Assembly: GCA_963847185.1 (NCBI GenBank)
Contig: CAWJYV010000007.1
Location: forward strand, 384,001-448,000
Direction of reading: 5' to 3'
Length of the DNA stretch: 64,000 nt
Source: an uncultured Methanosarcinaceae archaeon
GTDB taxonomy: Archaea > Halobacteriota > Methanosarcinia > Methanosarcinales > Methanosarcinaceae
A program made the position numbers and the translations under genes. Below the pieces are notes generated by a model. The model did not search any database. It saw only the letters and a list, made by a program, of their open reading frames with translations, and was not told the origin of the DNA. Of the stretch, positions 54,024-63,929 are shown in pieces. Within the stretch, counting starts at the first letter, position 1, and each line of letters opens with the position of its first letter.

Positions 54024-54383
54024 TTACTCCCATTTTTTACTTTGAATCTGAGATATAATGCTCAAAATGTTTCCAAATTCGGGATTTAACCTGTAAAAAT
54101 GCCACTTTGAACTGTTGTAAGCTTCAACGATCCTGCAGTCTTTCATAATTGCCAGATGATGAGATACCAGGTTCTGTCTTTCGTTCAATTTGAATATCAA
54201 TTCACAGACACAGTGATCTCTCTGGGATAAAAAGTAGGCGATTTTCAGTCTAATCGGATGTCCGAGAGCGCTGAATATATCACTGGCTTTTTTGATGTCA
54301 TTTTCCAGAAAATCTATTTCCTGGAGCATTTTTTCTTCCCATTCCTTTTTTTTCTCTGGATCCGCAGGACAGCAATAGCTCAT
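54024..54383 (-). CDS. arsR: ArsR/SmtB metalloregulator
   Basis: ALGHPIRLKI, HCVCEL As-binding box, VSHHL; N-terminal CC. Confidence 0.88.
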   Translation of the reverse strand: MSYCCPADPEKKKEWEEKMLQEIDFLENDIKKASDIFSALGHPIRLKIAYFLSQRDHCVCELIFKLNERQNLVSHHLAIMKDCRIVEAYNSSKWHFYRLNPEFGNILSIISQIQSKKWE

Positions 54384-54494
54384 AAATAGAAGAAATTGAA
54401 CGCTCTAAATAAGAGTTTTGATGTCAATTAGTACAATTTTGTACCTCAGATGCCTAAGCCCTATTAATTTCATAAATATAGTATCAAGAGAATT

Positions 54495-54550
54495 ATTTCA
54501 AAAGATTTTGAACTAATATTTAAATATTAAAATTATCATAGTATGTATAT
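54495..54550 (+). promoter_or_regulatory. CMD-gene promoter with TTCAAAAGATTTTGAA palindrome
   Basis: Near copy of acr3 promoter block; TTTAAATA TATA follows. Confidence 0.65.
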
Positions 54551-54603
54551 CGCCGTAACAGCGTGAATTTCGCAAGCATGCGAGTAAAAAAGGAGCCAAA
54601 GAA

Positions 54604-54936
54604 ATGAAAATGCTGGAAGAATTTTTCCCTGAATTCACCCAGAAGCTGAACGAAATTGATCAGCTCTACGCCGAAAAAAAGACGATTGATGAAAAGACAT
54701 ACCAGTTCATCTGTTTTGCCCTCTCCATCAAAGCCAGATCAAAGCCCTGCGTCCTAAAGCACTTTAAGGGTGCCTTAGAAGCAGGCGCTACGGTCAAGGA
54801 ACTATCATACATCTTTGCTCTGGTTATGAGAGAAGCCGCAGGTGCAGATGACTGCTGGACCCATGACGTAATTGGGGATTGGAAGGAAATCCTGAAAGGC
54901 AACATTTCCTGCGGCTGCGCAGGAGACAAAGAATAA
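54604..54936 (+). CDS. Carboxymuconolactone decarboxylase/AhpD-like protein
   Basis: IDEKTYQFICFAL...CVLKHFKGALEAGAT..EL; C-terminal CGC. Confidence 0.82.
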   Translation: MKMLEEFFPEFTQKLNEIDQLYAEKKTIDEKTYQFICFALSIKARSKPCVLKHFKGALEAGATVKELSYIFALVMREAAGADDCWTHDVIGDWKEILKGNISCGCAGDKE

Positions 54937-55089
54937 AATACTCATTAACTGCAAAAGCATTAATCAGGGAAACTAAATAGGATCTTACACCTGTTCTCCG
55001 TCTCCCTACTGAGAAAGGTCACTGTTAGAACTCTTGTACGAAATATCCCTTTTTTATTTTCCCTTTCCTATCCCTTTTCCGCAAAAAGC

Positions 55090-56070
55090 TCAAAAATCAT
55101 CTTCTGAAAAATCAGTGAGCTTAAGCTGTCTGGAATGGGAAAGTTTTGCCTTCATTGGTTGCATGTAGTCTCCTGACAGATGATATTTCTCCATAAGAGC
55201 ATTGATAACTCCGTAAAGTTCAGCTTTATAGACTGTGTCAGCTCCTCCTTTTGCGTACAGCTTGCGATAAGGATCCAGAAGCTCGGGAAAATTGTATTTG
55301 AGGAAACTGAAAAAATGCTTTCTGGTTTCGCCCCTTAGATAAAGAATGCCTGGAAGAATATAGTCTACCTTACATTCGGCTGCATGAGAAAAGATCTGTT
55401 CGAGATTCTGAGGGTTATCAGTAAGAAAAGGAAGAATCGGCATCATATGAAGCCCTGTAATAGCAGCTGTGTCTTCAAACTTCTGGAGGACTGAAATACG
55501 TTTTTCCGGAGAAGAAGCCAGGGGTTCCAGTATAGAACTCAGCTTTCCATCCATTGTTGTGACCGTAACTGCGATATTTACATATGTCAATTCGGCAAGT
55601 TCTGAAAGAAGGTCAAAGTCTCTCAGGATCAGGTCTGATTTCGTAGATATAGTAACAGGATTCTTGTACTCGATCATAAGTGCCAGAATCTCACGCATCA
55701 GCCCGTATTTTGCCTCTGCGGGCTGGTAGCTATCGCAAACTCCTCCTATATTGATTACTTCTTTTTTCCAGCTTCTTGCTGCAAGCTGTTTCTCAAGAGC
55801 TTCTGCAACATTCGTTTTTACGTAAATTCTTTGAAAAAAAGCACAATCCCCTTCCTCTGAGGAACTACAGAATTTTTTCTCGAAATCCCTCTCTGAAAAG
55901 ACAGATTTATCCTTTTCTTCCAGATAGCTGTGAGAATACATTGCATAGCAATAATTGCAACCATGTTCGCAACCCCTGTAGATATTCAGGTCCCAGTGGA
56001 ATGGCAGAGTGATCCTGCTGGATTTATTTATCCGATTCAGAGCTTTTTTAACCTTGATTTCTTCAAACAT
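55090..56070 (-). CDS. Radical SAM protein, spore-photoproduct-lyase-like (Rv2578c-type)
   Basis: [32 protein letters not shown]. Confidence 0.88.
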   Translation of the reverse strand: MFEEIKVKKALNRINKSSRITLPFHWDLNIYRGCEHGCNYCYAMYSHSYLEEKDKSVFSERDFEKKFCSSSEEGDCAFFQRIYVKTNVAEALEKQLAARSWKKEVINIGGVCDSYQPAEAKYGLMREILALMIEYKNPVTISTKSDLILRDFDLLSELAELTYVNIAVTVTTMDGKLSSILEPLASSPEKRISVLQKFEDTAAITGLHMMPILPFLTDNPQNLEQIFSHAAECKVDYILPGILYLRGETRKHFFSFLKYNFPELLDPYRKLYAKGGADTVYKAELYGVINALMEKYHLSGDYMQPMKAKLSHSRQLKLTDFSEDDF

Positions 56071-56179
56071 TCTGGAATAAGATAGGGCTGAGAGCTATAA
56101 TAAACTTAAGAAATGAACTTCCGAAAGGGAAAACAAGAAATACGAAGCCTTCTCCTTAAAAAATAGAACAATGAATGAA

Positions 56180-57004
56180 TTATTCTCTGTAAATTCCATC
56201 TCCTGTAATAAGCTTTCCTTCTGCCTTGACCCAGCCTTCCTGCGGGCCTGAAAGTCGGATAGAAATCCTATCGCTGTATTCGTTATGTTGCCAGCCATAA
56301 ATCCACCACTCATTCAGGCCTTCCATCTGGACAAAAATCTGAACATCGGCATCAGAAGGTGAATCATAATGCGCATAGGACCGGCTTTCATAATCAAAAT
56401 ATTTGGGATTGATATTTTCAGGTGGAGAAATTACTGATCCTTCTTCGGATTCTCGAAGATTACTTTTTGGCAGGAGTATGGACTCATTGCCAACAGGGAA
56501 TCTGGTATTAATCAGATGGTCAGCCTTTATAGAGGTCCCGAAATCAATTGGGGCCAGAACTGGAGTTTCCTCTGAGTACTCTTGGGACTCCATTGTCTGT
56601 TCATCTTTCGCGACGTCATTTTCAATATCCCCAGGTTCAGGCTCGGGTATAGCCACAGGAAGAGAATGATAAACCGGTTGAATCTTATCAGCTTCTATTT
56701 TGAACATTAATCCATACTCGGTATTCTCAAGGCTGAGATTCCAATTTGAAGGTTTATTGTAATAATCTCCATTCACCATTTCCAACCCAACTTCGGATTT
56801 ATTTTCAAAAACCGGGGTAGGCAAATACAAAGTTACATTTTGCAGGGTTCTGTTGCTTTCTATATTTATATTGTATTCATAATTACTCATGACGCTGTCA
56901 TTATACATTTCTTCGTTTCTATTTTCCAGATACATTGAACCCAGCACAAGCAAAAGGAGAATAAATAAGACAAATCCTCCAAAAATTATAATTTTTCTGT
57001 TCAT
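56180..57004 (-). CDS. Membrane-anchored hypothetical protein
   Basis: N-terminal TM, NVTLYLPTP; GGGAG RBS. Confidence 0.75.
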   Translation of the reverse strand: MNRKIIIFGGFVLFILLLLVLGSMYLENRNEEMYNDSVMSNYEYNINIESNRTLQNVTLYLPTPVFENKSEVGLEMVNGDYYNKPSNWNLSLENTEYGLMFKIEADKIQPVYHSLPVAIPEPEPGDIENDVAKDEQTMESQEYSEETPVLAPIDFGTSIKADHLINTRFPVGNESILLPKSNLRESEEGSVISPPENINPKYFDYESRSYAHYDSPSDADVQIFVQMEGLNEWWIYGWQHNEYSDRISIRLSGPQEGWVKAEGKLITGDGIYRE

Positions 57005-57539
57005 TGTCAGTATTCTCCCTTAAAGATTGAAAACAGATATGTGAGAGAGATAATTGAATCTTGCTAAATTAAACCTTCTAAATTTAACCATAAAAATAAT
57101 CTTGAATTTGCCACACTGTCATAGGAATAATAAAACGAAACCAAAGTAATTGGTAATGCATAAGTTTTTGTCATTTCTAGGGAGAGTTTGAAAGAAAAGG
57201 TTCTTAATTTGAAGGAAAAAGATCATAATATTTCCTTTCCCACTAAAAAATTATTCTGCACCTGAAACTTATCAGATCGAAACCTTGCACACAGGGAATC
57301 TGATTATCTCTCTCCCGGCGATCGCATTCAATAAAGATGCAAAAATTTCATTCAATCAGGCCGCGGAAAATGAATATAATTCTAAAAATTCATATTTAGT
57401 CCGGAAAGTACAGATTAGACTTTAAAAAACACTTAGTTTCTTACAACTTGATAAATACCTATTTTCTAGTATTTTAGGGGAGAAATTTGTTAGTTAAGAT
57501 AATAAACAAGTTAAGAATTTGTATATGCTTTTTAACTAT

Positions 57540-58679
57540 ATGGGGAGTGAACTTATCAATCCAGATATGAGTGCCCTGTTTTCACCACCTCCGGTACTGA
57601 AAGGGTATATGTATGGAGCACAGGAAGCTTATGAAGCCCGGAATTCAAACAGGCTCTTAGCCATACGTCTTGAAACAAATAAATCATGCAATCTCCGCTG
57701 TCGCTACTGTTATGCACAGAGTGGAGAGGACTCGGCAAATATGGCCGATTTCAATAAGCTCAAACACATTGTTTCAGAGGCAAAAGAACTCGGGATCAGG
57801 TCTGTAGTTGTGATAGGCGGAGGAGAACCAACCCTGCACCCTAATTTCAGAGAATTGATTTCCTATATCGATTCCCTGGGAATAATCCCTGTAATTTTTT
57901 CGAACACTATTTTGATGACACAGGAGCTTGCCGAGTTCCTGTACGAACACAATGCTTCTGTTATGGGAAAGCTGGATTCCCTTAAGCCAGAGATTCAGGA
58001 TTATCTGGCCGGAAGAGAAGGGGCTTTTCAGGATATCAAAAAGGGACTTGAAAACCTTCTAGCAGCAGGTTTTTCAGAACCTTCAGAGCCTGGAAAACTT
58101 CGTCTGGGAGTTTCCTTCGTAAGCAATAAAATGAACCTTGGAGAAATTGAAGAGATCTGGCACTTCTGTCGGCAGAATAATATTTTCCCTAATATGGAGA
58201 TTCTCACGCCTACAGGCAGGGCAAATGACGAACTTGAAGATAAACTGCTAACTCCCGAAGAGATAAAGGAGTACAAATTAAGACTGCTGGAAATAGACAG
58301 AAAATATTATGGACATGATTGGCTTCCCTATACGCCGATTACCGCGAGTGGCTGCCTTCAGCACCTTTACAGCCTGTACATCAATATAGAAGGGAATGTC
58401 CGGCCCTGTGCTCCAACAAAGCTGGATGAGCATCCTGCCCTTAGAATTGATGGGAAATATCCCTATAATGTAAACAGGATGAGTCTTCGGAAGATTTACA
58501 ATTCCGATCTCTTTACATATGTCCGGAACATAGACAAAGTACTTGAAGGCAGATGCGGAAATTGTGAGCACAGGGAAGAGTGCATAGGCTGCCGGGGATA
58601 CGCCTATAGCGTAGGAATAAACAAGGGGTTAAATCCTCTCGAAGCTCTCAGGATGGAGTGCCAGCAGTGCTTCAAATAA
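57540..58679 (+). CDS. Radical SAM protein with SPASM domain
   Basis: CNLRCRYC, GGEP, C-terminal GC...PC...CGNC...CIGCRG...C. Confidence 0.9.
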   Translation: MGSELINPDMSALFSPPPVLKGYMYGAQEAYEARNSNRLLAIRLETNKSCNLRCRYCYAQSGEDSANMADFNKLKHIVSEAKELGIRSVVVIGGGEPTLHPNFRELISYIDSLGIIPVIFSNTILMTQELAEFLYEHNASVMGKLDSLKPEIQDYLAGREGAFQDIKKGLENLLAAGFSEPSEPGKLRLGVSFVSNKMNLGEIEEIWHFCRQNNIFPNMEILTPTGRANDELEDKLLTPEEIKEYKLRLLEIDRKYYGHDWLPYTPITASGCLQHLYSLYINIEGNVRPCAPTKLDEHPALRIDGKYPYNVNRMSLRKIYNSDLFTYVRNIDKVLEGRCGNCEHREECIGCRGYAYSVGINKGLNPLEALRMECQQCFK

Positions 58680-58695
58680 ATAAGAGGGTGAGAAG

Positions 58696-59733
58696 GTGAA
58701 CAGTACAGGAAAAGTGGAATTCAGGAAGGTTTCCGAAAATGAAGAAAAGATCATAACAATCAGTGAGAAAAGTATGGAGGACAGGCTGTGTGAGTGCCTG
58801 AAAAATCGTGAACTGCCTGATTATCTCCTGTATACTGGCACAGGAGGCGCAAAAAATTGGCTGAAACTTGATGAGTCTGAAACATTTCCCGTGGCCAGAA
58901 AACTTAGATTAATTTTAGAGAAAAATATTGCCTCGATAGTCAGATTCATTCCTGCAGGCATGAGCCTTGTGAGTGTTGGGGTAGGAAACGGCGAAAAGGA
59001 AAAAATTCTTCTCGAAGAGCTGATAAGGAAAAATCTGGCTGAAAAACCGGCCTCAGGTAAATTATCAATACGCTATTATCCTATAGATATAAGTAGCCAG
59101 TTTGTAGATTCCGCTCTTAAGAAGGTAAGGAATTTGCCTGTGGAAAAGAAAGGAATAGTTGGTTTTATAGAGGACATGCCATTGCTTAAAAGGCACTGGC
59201 GCCTTCCGGTCCTTTTCTGCATCCTGGGAAATACTTTTTGCAACTACGAGCCAGAATTCATCCTCCGGCTTATCTACGAAAACCTTGAACAAGGGGACCT
59301 TTTTTTCTTTGATGCCAATATCCTCCCTGTTCAGGGCTCAGATGAAAACACCAGGTATGCAAAAAAATCTGTTCTTGGCACATATTCCTCAAGAGAAAAT
59401 GCTCTTTTTAATATGTACCCTTTACTCCAGTACGGAATGCTTCCTGAGGATTTTGATTTTGAACTTTCACTCGGACATGTGGACTCCAGAATAGGAGCCC
59501 TGTACCGAACCCGAAAAAACCTGAATATCCTGAAGGATTCTGAGATCCGAATTGGACAGGAAATCATAAATTTCAGGGATGGAGACATCATCCGAATGGG
59601 TTTTACGTACAAATACACATATGAACAGATAATTGCTTTTTTGAACATTTATGGATTTGATGTCCTCAAGGTATTCCTGAGTGAAGACAGATTAAACACT
59701 ATGATTCTTGCAAAAAAACGTATTTTGGAGTGA
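58696..59733 (+). CDS. EgtD-like (Methyltransf_33) SAM-dependent methyltransferase
   Basis: RELPDYLLY, VSVGVGNGEK, YYPIDIS, LGNTFCN, ALFN, TYKY align with EgtD layout. Confidence 0.78.
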   Translation: MNSTGKVEFRKVSENEEKIITISEKSMEDRLCECLKNRELPDYLLYTGTGGAKNWLKLDESETFPVARKLRLILEKNIASIVRFIPAGMSLVSVGVGNGEKEKILLEELIRKNLAEKPASGKLSIRYYPIDISSQFVDSALKKVRNLPVEKKGIVGFIEDMPLLKRHWRLPVLFCILGNTFCNYEPEFILRLIYENLEQGDLFFFDANILPVQGSDENTRYAKKSVLGTYSSRENALFNMYPLLQYGMLPEDFDFELSLGHVDSRIGALYRTRKNLNILKDSEIRIGQEIINFRDGDIIRMGFTYKYTYEQIIAFLNIYGFDVLKVFLSEDRLNTMILAKKRILE

Positions 59734-59759
59734 CAGTATGTAAAAGGGAGGTTTTGGGT

Positions 59760-60730
59760 ATGGGTTGCGAGCTAGAAAAACAGAGCAGAGACAAAGAAGA
59801 CATTTCAAGTATAGCTTATGGCTGTGACGAATTGGGAAGACTGAAAAGTGTACTTGTGCACACTCCTGGTGATGAACTAACTCTGGTAAACGAATCGAAC
59901 TATAAACAATGGCTTTATGATCGGGTGCCAGATATTCCCGAATACATTGAAGAACACAGAAATTACCAGGAGCTTCTGGAATCGAACGGAGTCAAGGTCT
60001 ATGAGCTTACAGATCACGTGGAAAAAAACGTAGAACTTGTCAGAAAATGCCAAATCTTACTTTTCTACATGACACTGCAGTAATCTCGAGAAAAGGGGCA
60101 ATTCTTTCAAAAATGCGTCCCCCGGCAAGGGAAAAAGAGGAAATTGTCGTAAAAGAAGCCCTGGGTAATCTTGGAATTCCAATATTAAGTGAATTCAATG
60201 GAGAAAGGGGTTTTTTCGAAGGTTGTCTCCTGCTCTCAAAAGAAACTATTTTTGTTGCAGATACGGAAAGGCACACTTATCCTTTTATTCGGGAATTCAT
60301 TTCGAATATCCTGGGCGAGTTTGATGAGGTTATTTACGCCAGTATCCCAAAAGCCAGACGTTATATGCATCCGGATACGGTTTTCAACAGGATCAGAGAA
60401 GACCTTGCACTCGCTTATCTGCCTGCTTTTGAAAATACATGCCTTTTTACAGAACAGTGCGCCGAAAAAATGGATTTCAAAGAGTTTATGCGCGAAAAAG
60501 GCATGGAAATTATCCCTGTTACAGACTCAGAGCAAAGTCGTCTCGCCTGTTCTTTTGTTCCGTTAGAAAGCGGGACAATCTTTCATTATGATATTGCACT
60601 TGACCAGAAAACAAGGAAAACCCTTTCAAATGAAGGTGTTGAGATTATTCCTTTCCATCCGGAAGCTCTGCGTGCAGGAGGGGGGAGTCTGCGCTGTCAT
60701 ACACTGAGGCTCTGCAGGAGGAAAAATTAA
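59760..60730 (+). pseudogene. Arginine deiminase/amidinotransferase-superfamily enzyme, one frameshift
   Basis: ELGRLKSVLVHTPGDEL, PNLTFLHD, FEG, MHPDT, GGGSLRC; one A missing in AGAAAATG near 60045. Confidence 0.8.
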
Positions 60731-60771
60731 ACTTCTAAAGTTTAATAAACCTGTCAGGATTTCTGGAGAGC

Positions 60772-61665
60772 TCAGAAGAAAGAGTCAAGAATAATCGATC
60801 CAGAGTAGAGCACGAGTGAAATATGATATAGGAAAAGGGCAAACAAACCTGCTTTTTGACTTTTTTCTCTTATGAGCTTATAGTTTGCAAACCCAAGAAC
60901 CAGAAATCCTGACAGAAAACCATAAAATGCAATATTTCCGAGATATTTTAAGAAGATCAAAGCTGTAAAGCAGTGCATCAGTGTAAAACCCGAGATCCAG
61001 AGTAGCGTCCCTTTAGTGCCATAAAGCACAGGAATTGATTTTATTCCTCTTGCCCTATCATTTTCGGTATCAATAAAATCGTTAACTGCAAGATGGGCAA
61101 GAGTCCAGGGATAGAAAAAGAGAATATAAAGCAGTACGAATTTGTCAGGCCGTCCATAACAGAGATAACCTGCTATTGGAAAAAGAGTAAAGTCAATTCT
61201 TCCTACAATCTGGGCAACAGGAAATGTTTGATTTTTTCTTTTAACCTGATAGAAATACTCAATAATACAAGAAGACAACATTGTGATAAATACGTAAAAA
61301 GAGTTGGGATAAGGCAAAGTAAGTATCAATAGTCCTGTGAGTCCAGAAAGAAGTAAAAAAATTGCCAGGGCAAAGTTGGAGGATATCCTGCCTGAAGGAA
61401 GCGGCCGGCTTTTAAAAGGTCTCCAGTAGGTTGTAAGGGAGTTCTCCACATCATACCTGTCTCCTTTCCGGTCAACATAATCGTTTAGTACAAGTCCGCC
61501 TTCAAACCCGAAAAACCCTATTAAAATGGCCTGAAAGGTTAAGGACCAGGAAAATTCCCCATAATTCTTAAAAGCCAGCGAAAGTCCTGAATAGAAAAGC
61601 AAAATCCAGACAAGAAAAAAGTGGGCTCTTGTCAAATCTATCAAAGCCTTAACAGTCTCTTTCGT
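60772..61665 (-). CDS. UbiA-family prenyltransferase, paralog 2 (apparent ACG start)
   Basis: NDYVDR..D, RPLPSG, NDFIDTEND; collinear with upstream paralog. Confidence 0.85.
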   Translation of the reverse strand, partial: TKETVKALIDLTRAHFFLVWILLFYSGLSLAFKNYGEFSWSLTFQAILIGFFGFEGGLVLNDYVDRKGDRYDVENSLTTYWRPFKSRPLPSGRISSNFALAIFLLLSGLTGLLILTLPYPNSFYVFITMLSSCIIEYFYQVKRKNQTFPVAQIVGRIDFTLFPIAGYLCYGRPDKFVLLYILFFYPWTLAHLAVNDFIDTENDRARGIKSIPVLYGTKGTLLWISGFTLMHCFTALIFLKYLGNIAFYGFLSGFLVLGFANYKLIREKSQKAGLFALFLYHISLVLYSGSIILDSFF

Positions 61666-61862
61666 GCCTTAACCCCGACTAATATAAAAGTCGGTTATAT
61701 GTTTATAGTTTTTTAAAGAAAAATAAGGAACAGAGAACATTTGGTTCAAATAGCCAGAGTTAAAGACATAATAAAAAGACAAAAGGCAAAAATAAAGGAG
61801 CTGAAAAAAAATAAGAGTTTCAGTCTTATCTCAGCCTTTTCTAATTACTATCATTTTTCTGT

Positions 61863-62756
61863 TCAATACATAAAATCAAGAATGATTGAAGCTGCATAGA
61901 CTACAAGAGTCCCATGGAAAAGCGGAAGTATCTTCAATCCGGCTGCCGGACTTTTTTCTTTCCAGAGGTAAATGTTTGCTCCTGAAAGGAGTATAAAGCC
62001 CACAGGAAAGCCATAATGAGCAATAACTCCAAGCTCCTTAAGGAAGAAGATAGCTGCAAGGAAATGCAGGAGTGTAAAACCTGTAATCCAGTACATAGTC
62101 CCTTTTGAACCATAAAGTACGGCTATAGATTTCATGCCTCTTGCCCTATCGTTTTCCAGGTCGATAAAATCATTTAATCCCAGATGCGCCATTGTCCAGG
62201 GGTAGAAAAAAACCATATATAGGAATACAGTCATATCCGGTTGCCCGTAGCAAAGGTAGCCTGCTGCAGGAAAAAGGGTGAAGTCAGTCCTGCCCAGAAG
62301 CTGTGCAATAGGGTACTTTTGATCTCTTTTTTTCACCTGGTAAAAAGCCTCAATGCCGTAAGAATACAGCATGATTGAGAATACATAGAGTGAATTCGGA
62401 TATGGGAGAGTGAAAATCAGAGCCGAAGTAATTCCTGCAAGCAGGATAAACAGCCAGAAGGCACTTTTTGAAGAAATCTTTCCTGAAGGAATAGGTCTTT
62501 CTTTAAAAGGTCTCCAGTACTTTGTAAGTCTATTTTCTACATCAAGCCTGTCTCTATCCCTGTCCACGTAATCATTAAGCACGAAGCCGGCCTCGAATCC
62601 TAAGAGCCCTATAAGAGCAGCCTTAATGATTAGTGTCCAGGAAAAGCCGCCATAATTTGCAAAAGCAAGGAAAAGACCTGAGCAGAAAATCAGGGGCCAG
62701 GCAGGAAGAAAGTGAGCGCGAGTGAGGTCTATATAAGCTTTCAGGGTTTCTTTCAT
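61863..62756 (-). CDS. UbiA-family prenyltransferase, paralog 1
   Basis: NDYVDRDRD, RPIPSG, NDFIDLEND. Confidence 0.9.
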   Translation of the reverse strand: MKETLKAYIDLTRAHFLPAWPLIFCSGLFLAFANYGGFSWTLIIKAALIGLLGFEAGFVLNDYVDRDRDRLDVENRLTKYWRPFKERPIPSGKISSKSAFWLFILLAGITSALIFTLPYPNSLYVFSIMLYSYGIEAFYQVKKRDQKYPIAQLLGRTDFTLFPAAGYLCYGQPDMTVFLYMVFFYPWTMAHLGLNDFIDLENDRARGMKSIAVLYGSKGTMYWITGFTLLHFLAAIFFLKELGVIAHYGFPVGFILLSGANIYLWKEKSPAAGLKILPLFHGTLVVYAASIILDFMY

Positions 62757-62901
62757 TTTTTGGCCTCAATAACGATTGTGATAATTAAAGCAACCCATCC
62801 CATAAAAATTATGAGTATTGCAGTTAAATTAAAAACCCTAAAAAAATATCAAAATTAATGGAAAAACAAATGAAAACAGAACTTAATGTAATAAGAAGAA
62901 A

Positions 62902-63004
62902 GCCTGAGGGCATCTTAATCCCTTCACCGCGTTTCCCAACGCAGCCGCGTTGACGATATCTCCCATCTAAATATCGTAGAGCAAGGACCAGATAGACCTC
63001 AGGC
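62902..63004 (-). ncRNA. Candidate structured RNA (sRNA or leader of the UbiA genes)
   Basis: GC-rich island with closing stem GCCTGAGG/CCTCAGGC and internal hairpins; G-U pairs favour minus strand. Confidence 0.5.
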
Positions 63005-63280
63005 AATTCTTTACTCCGCTCAATACTTCACTATTCGTTCATACCCTATTTCTTCCAGCTCCAAAGTATAGTGATAAAATAAATTATTTTAAATTAATTA
63101 CCTGAAAAATTGTTTGTGATCAAAAAATGCTTTCATGCAAAATATTTCAAAGCCAGCATAGGAAAGTATGAGATAAAATAACTTAAAAGGTATAATCTTC
63201 TAAAAAAACTCCGAAAATAATCCTAGTCTGGCACAAAAATTAAGTACATGAATTAATCTATTAGTAAAAGCTTAACATGC

Positions 63281-63353
63281 AGTCCTGTAGGGTAGTGGTC
63301 AATCCTTCGGGCCTTTGGAGCCCGGGACAGCGGTTCGAATCCGCTCAGGACTA
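63281..63353 (+). tRNA. tRNA-Gln(TTG)
   Basis: AGTCCTG/CAGGACT acceptor, CGGGC-CTTTGGA-GCCCG anticodon arm, AGCGG-TTCGAAT-CCGCT. Confidence 0.96.
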
Positions 63354-63418
63354 TAAAAATATTTTTTACAATTCCAATATGTTACAATAATTCTATCTTG
63401 TCATATAACTCTCTCTTA

Positions 63419-63658
63419 GAGCGTGTCTTAAAATTAAATTTGATTCTACCATTGGGACCAGATTTGCCCATTTGAACTGAAAAATGGTAGCATTAAACCG
63501 TTAAATGTCTAATATGTAAATTTTAACCATGACACCTAATGTATTTGGTTTTATACATCGAGCGAGCAAGTCCGATGTAATAAATTTACGGTCTAAGTTT
63601 AAAATCAACGATGCCTACTATCCAAATGTAGAAATGGTTTGAATTTTAAGACAGCCTC
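63419..63658. mobile_element. 240-bp MITE with IS5-family-like ends and TTA target duplication
   Basis: TIR GAGCGTGTCTTAAAATT / AATTTTAAGACAGCCTC flanked by TTA on both sides. Confidence 0.8.
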
Positions 63659-63767
63659 TTACATTATATTCGTTTTTTTGAAATAGTCTTAGGCAAGCTC
63701 GAGAAAGATTACAATAAGCTGTAGTGCCAGGAAAAGCTTATCACTTCGTATTAAAGATTTCTTGAAG

Positions 63768-63929
63768 ATGAAGCAGGGTATAGACTTATATAATAAATTA
63801 GTCAAGATAAAAACCACTGATAGGGATATTAAAATAGAAAGATATGTCCTGTGTAGGCTTGGTAATCTGGACGAGGCTATGAAATGTTTCGCAAGGGCCA
63901 AAGAATTTGAAGGAAATGAATTTTTCTGA
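63768..63929 (+). pseudogene. TPR-like gene fragment
   Basis: VLCRLGNLDEAMKCFARAKE resembles a TPR helix pair; lies next to MITE. Confidence 0.35.

Noticed and set aside
58696-59733. Canonical ergothioneine cluster
   Set aside because: No EgtB/EanB-like partner and histidine-binding residue appears altered
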